A stretch of 59,134 nucleotides of DNA, the filler included, from Stramenopiles sp. TOSAG23-6 (lineage: Eukaryota): the NCBI GenBank assembly GCA_900128565.1. It is 4 parts of 4 records of this genome, joined end to end, with 100 filler letters (N's around TTAATTAATTAA, not from the genome) between each part and the next. Parts side by side here need not be neighbours in the genome. Positions count along the whole stretch, not along the records: positions 44,476 to 59,134 come from LT636136.1; 3 more parts are not named here. The stretch is one strand, 5' to 3'. Positions 56,402 through 59,134 of this stretch are shown piece after piece (the stretch's first letter is position 1; every line of letters starts with the position of its first letter). A model generated the notes under the pieces. That model was not told the DNA's origin and searched no databases. It saw nothing but the letters and a program-made list of their open reading frames with translations. A program made the translations under genes and the position numbers.

Positions 56402-57205
56402 ATGGAGAACAAGTCACCCCCAGCCACCAACCCTAAGTTTGAGGAACTTTTCCGNNNNNNNNNNNNNNNNNNNNNNNNNNNNNNNNNNNNNNNNNNNNNN
56501 NACAAGTTGAAGGTCTTCAGGCTATTCTAGTAAGTACTTGTGAAGGCGTTCCACTCATCAAAGTGATTGGCGAGGACAACCCTGGAGTAGAACCACAAAT
56601 GATAGCACATGCCGAAACTAAATTTTCATATATATTTGCTGTTGCAGCATCCCAAGCTGCAAATTTACGCTTAGGTAACCTTAATTCGATTACTAGGTAG
56701 GTGTCATGTTTTTATTGTGAAACTGTATTTATTTATACTCGGCAACATTCTTCAAAAGTTAACTTTTTCTTTTTATTGATGTATCTTTTTTTTCTACAGC
56801 TACTATGAAAACAATATACTTATGCATATAAATCAAGGTCCTGGGTTATCAACAGTAAATAGTGGAGGTGATGCAGCTCCTTTATTCGTTTCTGGTGGTG
56901 ATGAACAAAACATTTCTGAAGAAAAATCAATGCGTCATGAAACGAACTCTCCACGTCAGAGTCTTCTAAAAATGCAAAATCCCGATCAAAATGGGAAAAA
57001 TGATAATAGAGATCTGGGTGTATCACATAGCGCATCTTTAGACTGGATTGTGGAGGATAGCTGTGGATCTATTGTAATTTCACTTATAGCTAAGAGAAAC
57101 TGTGAAATTTCATTGCTTCACAAAATAGCACCACATCTTCGAACAGCACTATCTGGTCTTTCTAAGAGTGTTCAAATATTGCTTGACGCCGATCAACGAC
57201 AGTAA
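56402..57205 (+). CDS. LAMTOR3: Ragulator subunit LAMTOR3 (MP1)-like, 2 exons, spans a gap
   Basis: QVEGLQAILVSTCEGVPLIKV...FAVAASQAANLRLGNLNSITSYY...IVISLIA, resembling LAMTOR3 SVEGLHAIVVSDRDGVPVIKV. Confidence 0.78.
56697..56799 (+). other. Canonical GT-AG intron (103 nt)
   Basis: AG|GTAGGT...polypyrimidine TTTCTACAG|C; in frame; no GTACCTAAC motif. Confidence 0.82.
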
Positions 57206-57323
57206 GTAAACGAAAATTATTGAATAGTGTGCACTAAATGATTGTTCATGTAATGTTTGAAACACTATTACAAGATATTATAAAAAATCATAGAAAAACT
57301 TTTCAACATATTTTTTAATATAG

Positions 57324-59055
57324 TCAATTTGTTTTACCTGGCATTCGCTCTCGGTTAGCAGTTGAACTTGAACCCATTCTGTGATCAGTTGAAGATACCG
57401 CTTCTTTAATTTGGTTCTCTGTTCCAGCCCAGTCTGCATAGTCTGCTTTTTCACTTGCTTCGTATTCATCTATCAGTCCTTGTACAACTGCGCGGCAGTC
57501 GTCAAATTCAGATTCGCTGAATTCAAATTCATCATTCTCTGTATAATTTTTCAAGAAAGCACCACGTTTCCGCAGCTTATCATACATATTCATATTTCTC
57601 TTGAATAGCTGAGCTATGCTACTGTGATTAGCTATCATCAAACCACTCACTTTGTGAGAAGACTCGACATAAGGCGACTTTTTAGATAAAGCGACCTGGA
57701 TGCTAGCTGGACCCCAAGGAATGACGTATTGTGAAAAAATATTTTTTTTTTGGTTTAAAAAAATTCGTTAGGTACAAAATTTTCATAGTAAAAAAATGTA
57801 GGTGAAACATTCAATTTTGAAAACCTACAATCTCGCAAGTTTTCGCTCACGTATGCGTTGAAGTGCTTTATGGACTTGTGTTGGATCAACATCACCCTGA
57901 ATGATATTCAGTATGGAAATGTAACACCCTCTCTTAGTATTCGTCGAAACCATGTATTGTGAAAAAATATTTTTTTTTGAATAAAAAAATCGTTAGGTAC
58001 AAAATTTGGTACGAAAAAAAAATTCGAAATTCAAAAAAATAAAACATACTTTATCCCACTCGGTTGATGTTGTAATAGTCGCCGCATAACGTCTAACACT
58101 GTTGTTTTTCGCACAGCACTGGTCTTTGATTCAATTGTAAGAGGAGTGTACCCAGTCATTAAGAAATGACATCGTGGTGTTGGAATTAAAGAAGCAATGA
58201 GACCGACAAGATCATTATTCATATAACCAGGATATCTCAAAGTAGTTGTACTAGCAGCCATGTATTTTGAAAAAATATTTCAAAAAAAAATCGTTAGGTA
58301 CAAAATTTCGTACGAAAAATGAATTCGAAATTGAAAAAAAATAAAACATACATGACAGTCGCTACAAGACTATTCAGTTGATTGACTGTTGGATTGGCGA
58401 TATGTAACCGATCTGTGGCAATCCGATTGAGTGCGGTATTATCTAATACCATGACACAATCAGCATTCAAAGTGAGACGTTTGAGGGTTAACATGGAGTT
58501 ATACGGCTGTACGACGACATCGGCATCATCTTGATTAGGAAATACAGAATACGTTTGAATTAGTTTCTTTGGAAAATGGTCATTGAGTTTTTCCAAAAGA
58601 TAAGATCCCATACCAGAACCTGTCCCACCAGCAATTGAATGAGACAGAACAAATCCCTCCAAACTTTCACTACCATCGGCCTCTCGGTTGATCATGTCCA
58701 TTAATTCTTCATGAACACCCTCGGCTTGGTGATAACCACTTGCCCAGTTATTTCCTGCACCACCACCGTCAGTAGACATGAAAATATTTTCAGGATTGAA
58801 AAACTTCTGGTATTGACCATTTTGAATTCCTTTTACAACACGAGGTTCTAAATCCATCATAAGTGCACGTGGAATGTAGTGGTCGTCGTCAGCTTGGTAA
58901 AAAAATACGTCTTTACGATCCATTCCTAATTGTGCAAAGTCCTCAAGCGATCCATCTGGACGAATACCATGCTCATTACAGAGCTGCTCCCAGAATGACA
59001 TTCCAATTTGATTACCGCATTGGCCTACCTGCAAAGTGATAATTTCGCGAGGCAT
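57324..59055 (-). CDS. TUBG1: Gamma-tubulin (exons 59055-58352, 58259-58050, 57951-57829, 57723-57324)
   Basis: [66 protein letters not shown]. Confidence 0.98.
57724..57828 (-). other. Non-canonical intron GT-GT (105 nt)
   Basis: TT|GTAGGTTTTC...TTTTGTACCTAAC...CACAATACGT|C; gives the conserved F of FIPWGP. Confidence 0.9.
57952..58049 (-). other. Non-canonical intron GT-AT (98 nt)
   Basis: AA|GTATGTTTT...TCGTACCAAATTTTGTACCTAAC...CACAATACAT|G. Confidence 0.88.
58260..58351 (-). other. Non-canonical intron GT-AT (92 nt)
   Basis: AT|GTATGTTTT...TTCGTACGAAATTTTGTACCTAAC...CAAAATACAT|G; restores [13 protein letters not shown]. Confidence 0.93.
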
Positions 59056-59114
59056 GATGACTTTTCAACAGAAAATTTTCTCCGAAAGACTTTATTTAAA
59101 GGAGAGAGCAAATA

Positions 59115-59134
59115 GAGAGAGAGAGAGAGAGAGA
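59115..59134. repeat. (GA)n microsatellite at the window end
   Basis: GAGAGA run upstream of gamma-tubulin. Confidence 0.9.

Noticed and set aside
2847-58351. Ciliate-style IES (DNA-level excision) explanation for the inserts
   Set aside because: Strict sense-strand orientation and the donor-like and branch-like asymmetry point to RNA splicing; not fully excluded without reads

Overview
AT-rich, gene-dense eukaryotic nuclear scaffold with N-gaps and TTAATTAATTAA linkers. It is probably from a flagellated heterotrophic protist, possibly a stramenopile (inference only). About 30 protein-coding genes are present, including beta'-COP, gamma-tubulin, PDH E1-alpha, ataxin-3, Tim22, a MYB factor, an RBR E3 ligase, LAMTOR3, a GT10 fucosyltransferase, a DOMON/copper monooxygenase and a Gfo/Idh/MocA oxidoreductase. 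The outstanding feature is a family of about 40 short (mostly 90-120 nt), mutually similar, always sense-oriented intervening sequences that interrupt conserved genes. They must be removed to restore the proteins, but almost none ends in AG. Consensus: exon-AT|RTAYGTTTT...TTTCGTACGAAATTTTGTACCTAAC...(about 30-45 nt)...AAATATTTTTCACAATAY-AT|exon. Most are GT-AT, with AT-AT, GT-GT, GT-GA and GT-TT variants and one GT-AG. They have short inverted termini (GTAY...ATAC) and usually a duplicated flanking dinucleotide, which suggests introner-like non-canonical introns handled by an unusual splicing machinery. Two ordinary GT-AG introns lacking these motifs coexist with them. About 20 two-unit telomeric (TTAGGG)2 insertions also occur, many read in frame as Asn-Pro-Asn-Pro. 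All gene models and family names come from manual reading, not database searches.
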